DNA of 64,000 nucleotides from Lama guanicoe. Its lineage: Eukaryota. The stretch covers positions 959,103 to 1,023,102 of the forward strand of contig MU053520.1 in NCBI GenBank assembly GCA_013239625.1, read 5' to 3'. Positions 37,643 through 51,421 of this stretch are shown piece by piece; position 1 is the first letter of the stretch, and each line of letters begins with the position of its first letter. The position numbers and the translations under genes were made by a program. The notes under the pieces are model-generated. The model had not been told where the DNA came from, made no database searches, and saw only the letters and a list, made by a program, of their open reading frames with translations.

Positions 37643-38944
37643 CAGGTCTATGGTTTCAGTATTGTCTTTTGAATTATTCAAGCCAGGCAAAGTATGTCTT
37701 AGGCCAGTTCTTCACCATTGTGCTGGCTGATGAACCCAATATAAGATACCAATTCTACCTTTGACTCTCATTTGAAACATATTTACCTCATACACACATA
37801 TATGCATGACCGCGCACACACACATACCTTTCCATCTTACTTCTCAACATGTTTATATAAAAACACACAGTCTTACTGTTTAATGTTGAAAGAAAAATAT
37901 CCATAAACTTCAAAGGAGATCTTACAGTATCTAGGCAGCTAGAGCTTTCACACCTGTTTATTTTGAAAAAAAGCTATTATTGTCAAGACCAACTTTTATT
38001 CAGTAAATTTATCTTCTAAAATAGCTATAAATATGAGCAAATCATATGGGAAATTGAGTTTGTTAAGAAAGCTACAGCAGAAAAAGTGAGAAACGAGGCT
38101 TTGTAAAAAGTATATATGTACTGTGGTTCCTTGTGGAAGTACCTGTGGAGAGCCATCGTGGCTCAGAGAATCAGTGCACCCCCTCCTCAGGAGCATGACA
38201 GCCTGCATTCCAGCCCAATTCTACCACCTATGACGTGTGTGATGACATTGGCCAAGTTAACGAACTTCCCTGAGTCTGAGATTTCTTATCTGTACAAAAC
38301 GATATTAGTTCTGACTCTTAAAATCATTAGAAAAATTAAATGATATAATATATGCAAATATCTTCATATCGAGTAGACTTTAAGTATAGTCATTCCTTGC
38401 ATTTCTATTTAAGACAAATATTTTGAAACATCTGAAGATTAATTGAAGTGATGTTCATTCCAGAAATATCCAATCAGTCAGACATTTCTGTGAAATAAAA
38501 GTTCAGTGTGACTTTGCAAGTAGGCTCTATAAAATCAGAATATCTCCAGGCCCCAGGCAGATGATCACATTCTGATGGGGAGAAAAAAGCTGCTTTTTCA
38601 GAAAATCCTTTTTGGTTGGTTCCTGCATTATGATTCGGCAAAATGCCACCTACAACAGATGGACATGAATGCAGGCAACCAAAGAGGCTGTGCTTGCTCT
38701 GCAAGTCTTGGCATATGGCACGGGTTCTCTCTTCAGGCTGTCAAAACAGCTGTTGTCCATTCTCCCCACATGCAGTTACAAAGCTCTGCCAAGAGCATCC
38801 CAGCTTGGAGAAGAACCTGCTGTTAGGAGGGTCTCCTGGGTTAGAAGCCATACTTACTGCCTCTTGAGCCCTTTTCAAATTTTTCTTTACACTTTTTGGG
38901 AATGAAGGGATATTTAACCATGCAGGTACATCTATCCTTTCATT

Positions 38945-39130
38945 AATACTACTATGAATAAACAAGAAGTATAGCACAGGGAACTCTATTCAATATCTTG
39001 CAGCAACCTATAATGAAAAAGAATATGAAAACAAATATATGTGTATGTATGATTAAACTATATGCGATACACCAGAAATTGACACATCATTATAAACTGA
39101 CTATACTTCAATTAAAAAAAAGGAAAAAAA
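38945..39130 (+). mobile_element. short L1 3' tail
   Basis: GTATAGCACAGGGAACTCTATTCAATATCTTG...ACACCAGAAATTGACACA..TATAAACTGACTATACTTCAATTAAAAAAA. Confidence 0.8.
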
Positions 39131-39359
39131 TAACATTGAGGAGGCAAGTCTTGGTAGAAAAAAAAGTGGACAGAGAGACATTCAAATCACAACCAACAAT
39201 TTACTTGCAGTTCAGTAAAGTTGTTTAACATCTTGATCCGCAGTTGTCTCCTTTTCAAGTGGAAATAAACAATACTTGATGGGAGGGTAGTGATGATTTG
39301 GAATACTGATGCAGAGGAAAGCCGTGGTGGTCACAGAGCATCAGTGGTGGTTACAGGTG

Positions 39360-39595
39360 CAATAGCTAACATTTGCTGACTGTTTATTATACGTGAGATA
39401 CGGTTCTAAATGTCTTACAAATGTTCGTAATCCTTTTGGCCCCCCTTACAAACAAATGAATTGATAAAGAAATAGATGAAGCAACTGAGACAGAAGGAGT
39501 TTAAATAACACGTTCAAGACTACAAAGCTAGAAAAGAATAGAATGGGGATTGAAACCCAGGCAGGCTGGCTCCACAGGCTGCACGCTTACACACT
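39360..39595 (-). mobile_element. MIR
   Basis: AATAGCTAACATTTGCTGA...ATAGATGAAGCAACTGAGAC...GGGATTGAAACCCAGGCAG. Confidence 0.75.
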
Positions 39596-40709
39596 GCTGC
39601 AGGTGTTAAGGGAATGGTAACTATTCTTACGGGAAGGGAAAAGATTCACAGGAAATTGAATGTGTTAATGAAATCTCCATTGATGAAAAGCAAATGACAA
39701 CTATAGAGTCTGTGAATGATTTCTAACTGGCACTTCTTGCTTAGGCAGGAAAATCCGCTGAGAGAAGAATAATTCAAAGTCACTCCTTTTTATGAGAAGC
39801 CAGAATTAGTGCTACAAAAATCAGAAACTTAACAGGCATATTATAAAGAAGTAGTGTAATTTAAGCAACTGAGCAAATCCCCAAAGAGATGTTTTTATAT
39901 TTTAATTGCTCACAGTATAAATTTAGTTAACGGGTTTTATATTTTTAAATGTACATTTGATATTAATGCTAGTCTGTATTCATATGTAATTTCACATACA
40001 GCACATTAAACACAGCCTGATCAGATGAAACTGATTTTATTAAATCTGGTAAAAATTAACCACTTGTTGAAACCAGATTGATCTCACATGTATATGTGAA
40101 ACGTTTTTTCAACCAGGTAGATTTCTTTCTTTTTTTTTTCTCTTATCAGGGACCATAGACCTAAGGGGAGAAATATCAATTGAGAGCTAAAACAAAGTTA
40201 AAAAGTAGATATATTTAGACATTTTTAAACCTACAGAAATAAAATCTTCACTGTGCTACTTTGAATATTTAGATAATGCAATGCATCCTTTATGTTATAA
40301 ATGCAACAAGTCTTAAAATACATACTTTGGTGCATATAAACCCTGTTATGAGAATGTTAGGTAACTGGAGATAGATTGAGATAGAAACCCATAGAAGTAG
40401 GCAAAGGGACCTCAAGAGGTAAAGGGAATAGATGAAAGAAAGAAGATAAAGATGAAACACAGAAGAAAAAGACCTCAACCTCTCCAAATTCTGTTCTCTC
40501 TTTTTTCAGTTCAGATCTGCTTAAGTTCTCCCTCCCTCTGCCTCTGTCCAGAAAGTACATCTAAGCAGAGACCTAAGGCAATTGTAGGGTCACCTTCTAT
40601 GAAACAAGACCTCACTCAGAGGTCTCAGTTCTGCCTTGCCTCTCTCATAGTGTCTGCATGTTGCTGGATCATACACTTTACATAGGTTCGTAGCTATTTA
40701 TGCTGAAAG

Positions 40710-41125
40710 GTGTGATAAGCCAAAGATGTCTGTGTCCTAACTCTGAGGACTTTGACTGTATTACCTCAAGTGACAAAAGGAAAATTGCACATGTGAATAA
40801 ATGAATGATCTGGAGATAGGGAGATTATCCTGCATTATCTGTGGGCCCAGTTCAGGGTCTTCATGAGAAAACAAAGGAAGGTCAGAGTCAGAGAGACAGA
40901 AATGTGACAAAGGATGCAGAGGCCATGAGCCAAGGAGTATGGGCTACCACTAGGAGCTCAAAGAAGGCAAGGGGACAGATTCCTGTACAGAGCCTTCAGA
41001 ATACATGTGGACTCACTGACCCATTTTGGACTTCTCACCCTCAGAATGATAAAATAATACATTTGTATTATTTTAAGTCACCTAAGTTTGTGGTAATTTA
41101 TTATAGAAGCAATAGGAAATTCATA
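40710..41125 (+). mobile_element. MLT1C/D-like MaLR LTR
   Basis: GGAGATTATCCTGCATTATCTG, GGCCATGAGCCAAGGA, CTAAGTTTGTGGTAATTT.TTATAG.AGCAATAGGAAA. Confidence 0.8.
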
Positions 41126-41194
41126 AAGAAGGGCTAATTCATGATCAATTCTCCATCACAACAAAATGTGGAAATCTCTGCTTATAGAATTGTA

Positions 41195-41500
41195 TTTGTA
41201 TTGAAGTACAGTCAGCTACAATGTATCCATTTCTGGTGTACAGTACAATATTGCAGTCATCCATATACACACATATATTCATTTTCATATTATGTTTCAT
41301 TAAAGATCATTACAGGTTATTGAATATAGCTCCTTGTGCTATACAGAATAAATTTTTAAACCTATTTTTATATATAAGTGGCTAAAATTTGCAAATCTCA
41401 GACTCCCAAATTTACCCCTTCCCACTCCTTTTCCTTCCGTTTACTATGTCTGCAAGTCTATTTCTATTTTGTAGATGAGTCCATTAGTGTCCTCTTTTTA
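41195..41500 (-). mobile_element. short L1 3' tail
   Basis: ATTGAAGTACAGTCAG..ACAATG...TTTCTGGTGTACAG...TTGCAAATCTCAGACTCCC. Confidence 0.8.
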
Positions 41501-42494
41501 TATGAAACAATAGATCTCAATTGTTCCCTAAATCAATAACAGTCTTTCTTCATCTCAATCACAAAAAGAATCCTAACTCATAAGAAAAAAAATGGATACC
41601 TGCCGAAGGAGGTATTGCAAGTGATACATCCATCCTGGGGAATCTCTGATAACACAATAGTAACATCATTACTGAGACCATCATCTGTTATTTCAAAGAC
41701 TCAAATATTGGGCTCATTGTAGCTAAAGTTTCAGAGGATTCGGTAGAAAAATGTCAGGTGTTGGAGTCTGTTGGCTCCTTCCCGTTTCCTTTGGTATGGG
41801 GAAGACAGGTTAGCACTACTGACTGCAGACAGAAAAGAGCAGGAGAACCAATCTGCTCACTTTTCAGACTACAGTCAATGATCCCAGACTACCTAGCACC
41901 AGAGAACTGTGTGCCTGTTAAATTGCACGTGCCGAGTTCTCTTCTACATTCTAAATGGGTGTGCTACCCAGAAACGTAGTTACCAAAAGAGCCTGAGGAA
42001 TTGGCAAAGCCTGATCTCAGCAGACATCTACCAAGCAACCCCTGCCAGGCAGAGGCAATAATGCCTGGCTGCGCATTGCACTGAGAGCTGGGTGCTGCCT
42101 AGGGGCAGAGCGCAGGTTAGCAATGTGCCAGTATCCCATTCAAGGTACAAGCAGAGGCTGAGGCACAGAGAAACACTGTTAGGACAAGGCTGCAAGGACA
42201 CAGGCATGTTCCTGGGGCTGTTACTATTTCAAAGAGTTAGTGAGGTAAATTGAATCGGGATGAAAGATTATGGTTAAGTAATAATTGGTAATTTGTCATC
42301 TGCCAATTGAAACTCATACAATGAAGTCATCTCACATTTAAGTTGGGTTTGAGACGGTTGGATTGCCAGCAAACCTCAGACTTGCCAAGGCACGCGTATG
42401 ATTGTTCTCCCCTGGCCCAAGGCAATCCCCAGGCTTTTCTCTGCTCATTGAAGGAGTGAGGCTGATGAATCCAAAAGCACGGCTCTGGGACTGC

Positions 42495-42682
42495 ACTACT
42501 GATATGGCAGCTAAGAGCCACTTGTGGGTATTAAATTTATTATATTTTTAGTTTTAAATATTAAAGAATTCATTCCTCAGTTACACTAGTCACACTTCAA
42601 GTACACGTGACTAGCAGCTAACACATCGGTCAGTGTGAGAGGACAGTTCTAACATTTTCCTCTGCTGGATAGTACTGCTCTA
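42495..42682. mobile_element. MER3/MER33-like hAT MITE remnant
   Basis: CTAAGAGCCACTTGTGG.TATTAAATT...ATTCATTCCTCAGTTACACTAGTCACACTTCAAGT...CTGGATAGTACTGCT. Confidence 0.6.
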
Positions 42683-43199
42683 GGAAGTAAATGGCCAAAC
42701 CTCCTGGTGGCTGAAGACAATGAGAGCCAGCACACAAAGTGTCCAGCCCAGGAGGCGGGATCTGGGATAGCCACACTGGCTCAACAAGTACTCAGCCCAG
42801 AGGCAGGACAGGTTCTCAGCAGGGTCTCTGCACCCAAGGCCTCCTAGCTTGATTGTTTACAACACTCTCCCAGTCCAGGGGAATATGATGATATATGTTC
42901 TGTAGTAACTACCATTACAAGCTCCTTTCTCTTTCCCTCTTTTGTAACAGGGAAATCTTACTTGGATTTTTTTTTAATTTTCTCCACTCAAATATTTGGG
43001 AGGCAATGCAAAGTCAGGAAATACAGGAAATGAGTAAGAACTGACAAGAAGAATCTAATCAACCAGAAGAATGTAGGCGGACAAGTGGGTCAAAGAATCA
43101 TACCCTGGCTACTGACAATTACTACATCACCAAAACGAGGGAATAGAGAATTCTACCTTCTCCATTAATTGCAAGAGTACTGTCACAGTTTTCCGATAA

Positions 43200-43870
43200 G
43201 TAGATCCCAGTGAGCAGCATTTATGAATGAGCCCAGCTGTTAGAGAAAGGAAATTCAAATGCAATCAATATGTAGAAAGATAAAGCTCCTGGAGAAAACA
43301 GAGAGAAACTGGAACAAAGAAACACAAAAGGAAAGACAAGACGAGACCACTTACAGAGACTCAATCAGAGCATAAAATAGTTTTCTGGAAATATATAGTT
43401 ATATGTTTATCATTTAAAAGATAGTTGATAATACAAAGGAGAGAATATCCACCAAGACCTGAGTTAGTGTCCTGCAAGATAAAGCAGAAGAAATATTTCA
43501 CAGAAGATAGCATGAATTCAAAGTAATGGGAATAATAAGGGGAAAGAATCAGATACCTGAATGCATTTGATCAAAACCTAACTGATCAAAAAAAAAAAAT
43601 TGCAGAAGAATAAAAAGAATAAAAAGGAACTGATGGGTAACAGAATATTATTAAACAAGTATAAGAAGGAAACATCTCTAAGTTGAGGAAAGATATGCAT
43701 CTACAGTTTTAAAGGATACAATAAATTCTGGGCAGATTTGAAGAGGGGAAAAACCCTACACAGCAGGGTAAAATTCCTGAATTCCAACATAAAGGAAAAT
43801 TCTAATAGTTTTCAGAGGAAAAGCACAAAGTATTTATGAAAAAAAGTAATTCTGGTACCAAATTTTATAA
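43200..43870 (+). mobile_element. highly decayed L1/HAL1-like ORF1 fragment
   Basis: A-rich ORF1-like run (AAGAAGGAAACATCTCTAAGTTGAGGAAAGATATGCATCTACAG...AAAATTCCTGAATTCCAA..AAAGGAAAATTCTAA). Confidence 0.45.
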
Positions 43871-44136
43871 ATCAAAAATATATACTTTTATTTATTTATT
43901 CTTATTTTTTACAAAACCTCATTCAGTCACCTTTTCCAAAAATGTTCCATACAGGTCAACTTTCTGGCTTCTAATGTCTAAGGTTTTGTGTGTTTTTTGC
44001 TTTTTTTTTGGCTATTCCACTTGAGATCCAGTTTGGGTGCTTGTATATTTTGAGGTACAAACGATTTTTCTTATTCCCTTAAAAGTTATATCTCCACTAT
44101 CTCCTAGCTTTCCTTTTACTTAGAATGCAACTTACA

Positions 44137-47100
44137 GGAGTGATGTCACCAAGATGATGGAGTAGGACATCCCAGCCTCTAACCCCTGACAAAGAAAATC
44201 ACATAGACAGCTATCGACGAAGAGCAACAGCTCCAGAAGCACTCAGGAGTCCCCTTAATAAGCTTCTGCAACACAGTGGAGCAAAAGCAAACAAAAAAAC
44301 AAACAAACAAAATAAAAATGAGAACAAAAGTCTTGCAAATAATTACATAAAGCCTGTAGGAAGGATAGTTCTTTTTGCATCCTGCCATCCCCAGGCAGGC
44401 ACTACTGTGTGACAAGATGGAAATTTTTTTCACTAGGAAAAGGAAAACAGGGTGAGCAACCAGCTTCCTAAGCTTTCTGGGGCGCTGCACCAAGGACCTG
44501 CCTCAGCTTCCCACCACCCAGAGACCAGCTAAGATGCCTAGTGACTCACAGGGACAAGGAAGAAAGACAGGGACTGTGAGTATCAGGCATGTGGTGGAGT
44601 GGTCATGGTTCCCAGTGGCCTGCTCAGCAGAAGACCACAGCATCCTTTGCTGCTGAGGATCTTGGTAGCCTGTGTGGGTGGCATGGACTCCCACAGCTTA
44701 CACACTGGGGACCCTGTTGTGGAACCCAGTGTACTGTTCTGCAGAGGGCCCTGGTAGCTTTTGCCACTGAGGAAACCAACGGCTAGCATAGCTGCTCCAG
44801 ATACCCTGAAGATTTCACCACTGAGGGCCCCACAGGTTTCTGTGTTCACAGACTCCACCTGTTTGAGTCCATCCCCACCCTGCCAGCCAGAGCTACTCCA
44901 GACAGCAGTGCCATGAATGCCCTGGGCCCTGGAGTTCACGTCTGAAGACATTCCTGGCCTCTGTGGCTACACAAGTACACAATGCTGGCTCAGGCCTCTG
45001 TGGGCAACCCCCACTGCCATGCATGCACCTGCAGCTAGCCCTGCAGTCACAGGCGTGCACACACCAATAGCCCAGGCCCTTGCAGCTGCTCAAGCACCCA
45101 GGGTCAGCCCCAGCTTCTGTCACTGGCCTTCTCCTTGTGGCACACCTGGATATCACCAGCCCAGACTCTCGTCACCAGCCTCCACTGCCATGCACATGCT
45201 TGTGACTAGCCCCTGCAGACACATGAGTGCATGCTGACAGCTGACTCACCCACAGCTGTTCATGTACCAGGAGCTGGTCCCAGTCACTTTCTAGACCTAC
45301 ACCAGCATGCATGCCTGCAGCTAGCGCCTGCTGCTGCACAAGTGCACACCAACGTCTTGGGTCTCCACAGCTGCTCATGCACCTACAGTTAGCCTTAACT
45401 CCGTAGCTGGTCCTGACACTCACTACTGCACATGCTCATGCAACTGGTCCTTGCTGCCATGTGGGCACTCACAGCCAGACCGCACTGTCAAGTGTATACA
45501 TACCACCAGTTCCAGCCATCACTGCCACCTGCCCTGTTTCCTGGCCACTGAGACTGGAGGTGACACCAAGGGCTTCAAAAGCCCTCACCATGGACCTGCT
45601 GCATCTCTCACCACTAAGGACCATGCAGTTACTGGTGTCATGGGCCCCAGCTATCTTAGCCAACAAGGCACTATGCCATCTCAGACCTAGAACCGACATT
45701 TGCCCCTATGCATGGCATACCACACAACGAAGTCCAGGACAACAGTACACTCACAGGTAAATATCTTTGCTTATCAAAGTCAGTCCATAAAACCTGGAAG
45801 AAGTGACTGCTTCTTCAAATATACAGACAACTGCACAAAGCAATGGAGATCACAAGGAATCAGGCAAACATGATAATACCAAAGGAATACAGTAAACTTC
45901 CAGTAATTGACCCCAAAGAAATGGAGATCTATGCACTGCCTGACAAATACTTCAAAATAACTGGCTAAAAGAAGCTCAAAGAGCTCCAAGAGAACACAGA
46001 TAAATAATCTAACAAAATCAGGAAAACAGTACAAGAACAAAAAATGTTCAACAAAGAAATAGAAAACATAAAAAAGAACCAAACAAATTTTGGAGCTGAA
46101 AATCATGACTAAATTTAAAAAGGCAATAAAGTACTTCAACAGAAGACTCAATCAAGCAGAAGAAAGAATCATTGAACTCAATGATAAGTCATTTGAAATT
46201 ATCCAGTCAGAGGAGAAAAAAAAAACATGAAAAGAAATAAGAAAGTCTATGGGTCTTAAAGGACTTCATCAAATAAAATCATATTTGCATTATGGGAGTC
46301 CCAGAAGGAGAAGAGAGCAAGGCAGAAAGTTGATTTCAAGCCATACTGGCTGAAAACTTTCCTAATTCAGGGAAAGATATGAACACCTAGGTACATGAAG
46401 CTCAAAAGTCCCCAATCAGCTTCAACCCAAAGAAGATTTTACTGAGACATATTTCGATAACTTTGATTCAAAAATCAAAGACAATGAGAGAATCTTGAAA
46501 GCAGCATGAGAAAAAAAAAGGCTCATCACATACAAAGGAATCCCTCCCCCAACCCAAGGATATCTTTCCTCCAAGATTTCTCAGCAGAAACTTTGCAGAT
46601 CCAGAGAGAGTGGGATGATATATTCAAAGCACTGAAAGGAAAAAAAAATGTCGACCAAGAATACCTTCAACAACAAAGCTATCCTTTTAAATTGAAGGAG
46701 AGAGAAACACATTTCCAGACAAGCCAAAGCTGAAGGAGTTCATCACCACTACACCTGCCTTACAAGAAATGCTAAAGGGAGTTCTTTAAGCTAAAAAAAA
46801 AAAAAAGGTTGCTAACTAGTAACTGAAATCATATGAAAATATAAAACTCATTGCTAAGGTAAATATATAGTCACATTCAGAAGACCCTAAGATTGTAACA
46901 ATGGTGTGTAAGTCACTTATGATTGTAGTACATAGGTTAAACAATAAAAGAATTTAAAAATAACTATAGCAAGAGTAATTTGTTAATGGATACACAATGT
47001 AAAAAGATATAAATTGTGATATCAAAAACATAAATGTTGGGTGAGTAAAGATATAGAGCTTTGGTATGCAAACAAAGTTAAACTGTTATCAGCTTAAACT

Positions 47101-47335
47101 AGACTGTTAGAAGTATGACATATTTTATGCAAGCCTCATGCAAACACAATGCAAAACCCTATAGCAGATACCCTATATACTATGGTGTATTTCCTCTGAG
47201 AAAGGAATCAAAGCTTACCATTATAGAAGATCATCAAATTATAAAAAAAGACAGCAAGAGAGGAGAAAGGATCAAAAGAGCTACAAAACACTTGGAAAAC
47301 AATGAACAAAATGTCAATGAGTCCTTACCTTCCGC
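44137..47335 (+). mobile_element. older L1 5' portion: 5' UTR, degenerate ORF1 (~45870-46790) and inter-ORF region, ending at the ORF2 start
   Basis: Starts CACCAAGATGATGGAGTAGG. ORF1 motifs include GGAGTCCCAGAAGGAGAAGAG and DFSAETLQIQREWDDIFKALK. Ends AATGAACAAAATG...AGTCCTTACCT. Confidence 0.88.
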
Positions 47336-47764
47336 AAATCCTGAAGTCAGTTTCCTTCCCTGTCTTCTTTGTCCATGGTTGTCACGATGTTTCTTAAAAC
47401 TTGCTTTAATCTCTGTTTCCAGCCCAAAGTCATGCTAAGTCAGGATACTGGGGGAGAGTGGCCCATGTGACCAAGATGTTCAGCATGCTTTCCTTTAATT
47501 ATGGAAATGTTGAAAGAATGAACTCAGTAATTTATGTTTTCAATGTCCCCTCCATGACCAACGGGAACACTTAGTAGTTCTTCAATTAACGTTCTATGGA
47601 TTATAGCTCTGTGGTATTCACCAAGTTCTATGACAGTTGCCCAGAAACTGCCTCCTACTTTGAGTATTTGTAGATCCTTTGTGGAGAGTAGTCCTTCTTT
47701 CCTATATATGTTTGAGTTTGGATTTTCTCCACCCTTATTTATCCATCAATCCATTCTTACTTAC

Positions 47765-47839
47765 ATTTTTTTTAAAATCGAAGTATAGTCATTTTACAAT
47801 GTTGTGTTAATTTCTGGTGTACAGCATAGTGATTCAGTT

Positions 47840-47874
<35 letters not shown>

Positions 47875-48124
47875 AATATATATATATATTCCTTTTCATA
47901 TTATTTTTCATTATGAGGTATTGAATGTAGTTTCCTATGCTATACAGTAGGACCTTGTTGTTTATTTATTTTATATATAGTAATTTGTATCTGCAAATCC
48001 CAAACTCCTAATTTATTCCTCCAACACTATCTTTCCCCTCGTTAATCATAAATTTGTTTTCCATGTCTGTGAACCTGCTTTGGTTTTGTAAATTAATTCA
48101 TTTGTGTCATTGTTTTAGATTCCA
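47765..48124 (-). mobile_element. short L1 3' tail with (CA)n(TA)n and imperfect TSD
   Basis: ATCGAAGTATAGTCATTTTACAATG...TTTAGATTCCACA. Flanks CATTCTTACTTAC (47752-47764) / CATTCTCCCTTAC (48125-48137). Confidence 0.8.
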
Positions 48125-48744
48125 CATTCTCCCTTACTTTTTATCTTTCAGGAATTTTCAAAATATATGCACCATTGATCATGTCTCTTCTCATTTTCTA
48201 CTGCTATTACTTCTTATCTTTTTAAATTTCCTTTTTGTATCATATAATTTTGCAGGGAAGAAACATAGTTGTAGATGTTTAATTTGGAATCATTTAATTT
48301 TTAGTGCTTCTTTTGGAATGAAAATATGCCTCAAAGGTATTTTCATTTTGAAAAGAGAAATGGGGAAAAGTTGTGTGCTTGGTGGTGTTCCCAGATTTGC
48401 AACACAGTGGCTTCTCTCTCAAATGCTCTTCTTGGCAAAGATGACACGGGCACTTATCAGTAAATCAATTTGTGTGGTGGCTAGGTAAAGCAACAGATAA
48501 TAAAAAGTGCCCTCCGGCGTGGAGCTCTCCTCAAGCACAAAGCATCCAAAGGACTCTGTGCTAAGGAGAATCCTCTTGGTCCAAGGCTCCTGCTCTGTGG
48601 CTCAGCTCTCTGTCTTCTTGGTTACTCACTGATTCTGGCATCTAATCCTCCATCTGTACTGGGAGAATAAGAGTGTCAGAAGCAGAGCGAATACACCCAT
48701 TCTCTTTTTAATCAAAAATTATTAAGAAGTAAGAGAAACAAAGA

Positions 48745-49450
48745 AAAATAGGGAAAAGTCACTGATAGACAATTTATATTAAAAACATAAGAATGGCCCC
48801 AGACATATGAAAATACATTCAAACTCACTCATATTCAGAGAAATTCAAATTTTTAAAAAAACATCATTTCTCACATATCAGACTAGGAAAACTTTTTTAA
48901 AATATATGACAATACATTCTGTGGGTGAAAATGTTGGAAAACATGCACCCTTAAGTGGGAAATGTATCGCCCTTTTGGTAGGAAACTCGTCAGTACCTAA
49001 TAAAATTACATACGCCCCAACATTTGATTCAGCAGCCTCACTTTTAGGAATTATCTTCAAACTAAACCTCCAACACTATAAAAACACACATGCTCTAGGT
49101 TATGTATCAAAGCATTGCTTGTAAATGTGGAAATAATCTAAATGTGTGTGTATGAATAAAATACACCCACACAGTGCGAGCTATACAGCTGTGAAAAAAT
49201 AATAAGAAAGATCTCTATGAATTGATATGGGTAATTTATAGGACATTCTGTTAAATGAAAAAACAAAGCATAAAAAATTATTATAGCATGTTATTTTCAT
49301 GTAAGAAGAGAAGGGGCATAAAAAGATAGCCCCAAGTACCTGTTTACTTTGAAAAAACAAATACAGGAAGGATATAGCCAGAAACTACAGAGACTATTTA
49401 TCAGTAGGGGTAAGTAGGAAAGGAGAACTGGGGAGTGAATATAAATACAT
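48745..49450 (+). mobile_element. ancient L1 (L1ME/MC-like) ORF2-end/3' UTR fragment
   Basis: CATATGAAAATACATTCAAACTCACTCATATTCAGAGAAATTCAAAT...TTTGATTCAGCAGCCTCACTTTTAGGAATT. Confidence 0.7.
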
Positions 49451-50343
49451 ATACATATATTTTCCACATTAAAAAAAAAGGTTATTTCTGAAAGTCTTAG
49501 CAGCAAGAAGAGTAACAAAAGGAGAGATGGACCAACAAAACAGAAGGAGGTTGTGTCCTGTAGGACTTGACTTCATTCTTCAATCAAGTTCTTTATAAGA
49601 GTGAGCAAACATGACTGTTCACACAGTGGCTCAGTGAGTCTCTGTCTCATGGAGTTCCTTCTGGTCCAGCCTGCAGCCTCCACTGAAGCCAATCCAGGAT
49701 GGCCACAAAGTGTGCCTCCTTTCTCCAGCCAGTCATGTGCATTTTGTATAGCTGTGACTTGGAACAACAGTCATGTTTCATAAACCCTTCATATATCTTA
49801 AAATATAAATAATCTAAACCAACTGGGATGTGGAGATTATAATCTCTCTCCCCAAACTAAGAAGGAATTGGGCCAAGCAAATCTTTTGTCAATAAAGAAT
49901 GAAAAGTTAAGTAAACATTAAGCAAATAATTGGTCCTATTAAAAAAGTCAATAGCTTTTAAGAATAAAATTAACTCATGGGTTTTTGAAGAAGTTTTAAA
50001 AGTCTGTTTCTAAATCCTGCATGCCACAAGAGACTGGAATAAAACTTACACAGCATCTTTTTTTCCCTTTTGAGATGAGGGAATATTCAACAAAGGAAAA
50101 ACAACATGGATTCTCTAAAATAAGTAGGAAACATGGGATGGTCATACAATAGAGAGATATGGAAGGTTTACAGATTATTTTTAAAAAGCAAGAAAAAAAA
50201 GTGCCATATTAGAACTCCAAATGACATTCTAAAGCACTACATGTAAACCACATCAATATTTGAAATACAAAAAAGAAAAAACTGCAACCTGATGAGAGAG
50301 TTAAATTTACAGATCGAAAGACTCAGTATAAAAGGCAATGTTA

Positions 50344-51421
50344 CCAGAAGTAAAACAAGAAGACAACCTACGGAATGGGAGAAAATTTTTGCAAATGAAA
50401 CCAACAAAGGCTTGATCTCCAGAATATATAAGCAGTTCATATGACTCAATAATAAAAAAAATAAACAACCCAATCCAAAAATGGGCAGAAGTCCTAAACA
50501 AGCAATTCTCCAAGGAAGACATACAAATGATCAATAAGCACATGAAAAAATGCTCAGTATCACTAATTATCAGAGAAATGCAAATCAAAACTACAATGAG
50601 GTATCACCTCACACCAGTCAGAATGGCCGTCATCCAAAAATCCAAAAATGACAAATGCTGGAGAGGCTGTGGAGAAAGGGGAACCCTCCTACACTGCTGG
50701 TGGGAATGCAGTTTGGTGCAGCCACTATGGAAAACAGTGTGGAGATTCCTCAAAAGACTAGGAATAGACTTACCATATGACCCAGGAATCCCACTCCTGG
50801 GCTTGTATCCAGAAGGAAATCTACTTCAGGATGACACCTGCACCCCAATGTTCATAGCAGCACTATTTACAATAGCCAAAACATGGAAAAAGCCTAAATG
50901 TCCATCAACAGGTGACTGGATAAAGAAGAGGTGGTATATTTATACAATGAAATACTACTCAGCCATAAAAACTGACAACATAATGCCATTTGCAGCAACA
51001 TGGATGCTCCTGGAGGATGTCATTCTCAGTGAAGTAAGCCAGAAAGAGAAAGAAAAATACCATATGAGATCGCTCATATGTGGAATCTAAAAAACAAACA
51101 AACAAACAAAAACAAAATGTAAATACAGGACAGAAATACACTCATAGACAGAGAATACAGACTTTTGGTTGCCAGGGGGGTGGAGGGTGGGAAGGGATAG
51201 ACTGGGATTTCAAAATTGTAGAATAGATAAACAAGATTACACTGTATAGCACAGGGAAATATACACAAAATGTTATGATAAATCACAGAGAAAAAAATGT
51301 GACAATGAGTGTGTATATGTCCATGAATGACTGAAAAATTGTGCTGAACACTGGAATTTGACACAACATTGTAAAGTGACTATAAATCAATAAAAAATGT
51401 TAAAAAATCCATGTTACAAAA
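50344..51421 (+). mobile_element. young 5'-truncated L1 with an open ORF2 C-terminal 187 codons (50527-51090), 3' UTR, A tail and 14-bp TSD
   Basis: ORF includes [20 protein letters not shown] and [33 protein letters not shown] (50330-50343) / AAAAGGCAACATTA (51422-51435). Confidence 0.95.

Noticed and set aside
44179..45760. Cluster of overlapping ORFs in a GC-richer zone, suggesting a gene or CpG island
   Set aside because: It lies in the L1 5' UTR, is CpG-depleted, and is stop-poor because of base composition.
31472..51090. 146-aa and 187-aa ORFs as host genes
   Set aside because: Both are L1 ORF2 C-terminal remnants in 5'-truncated copies with upstream stops.
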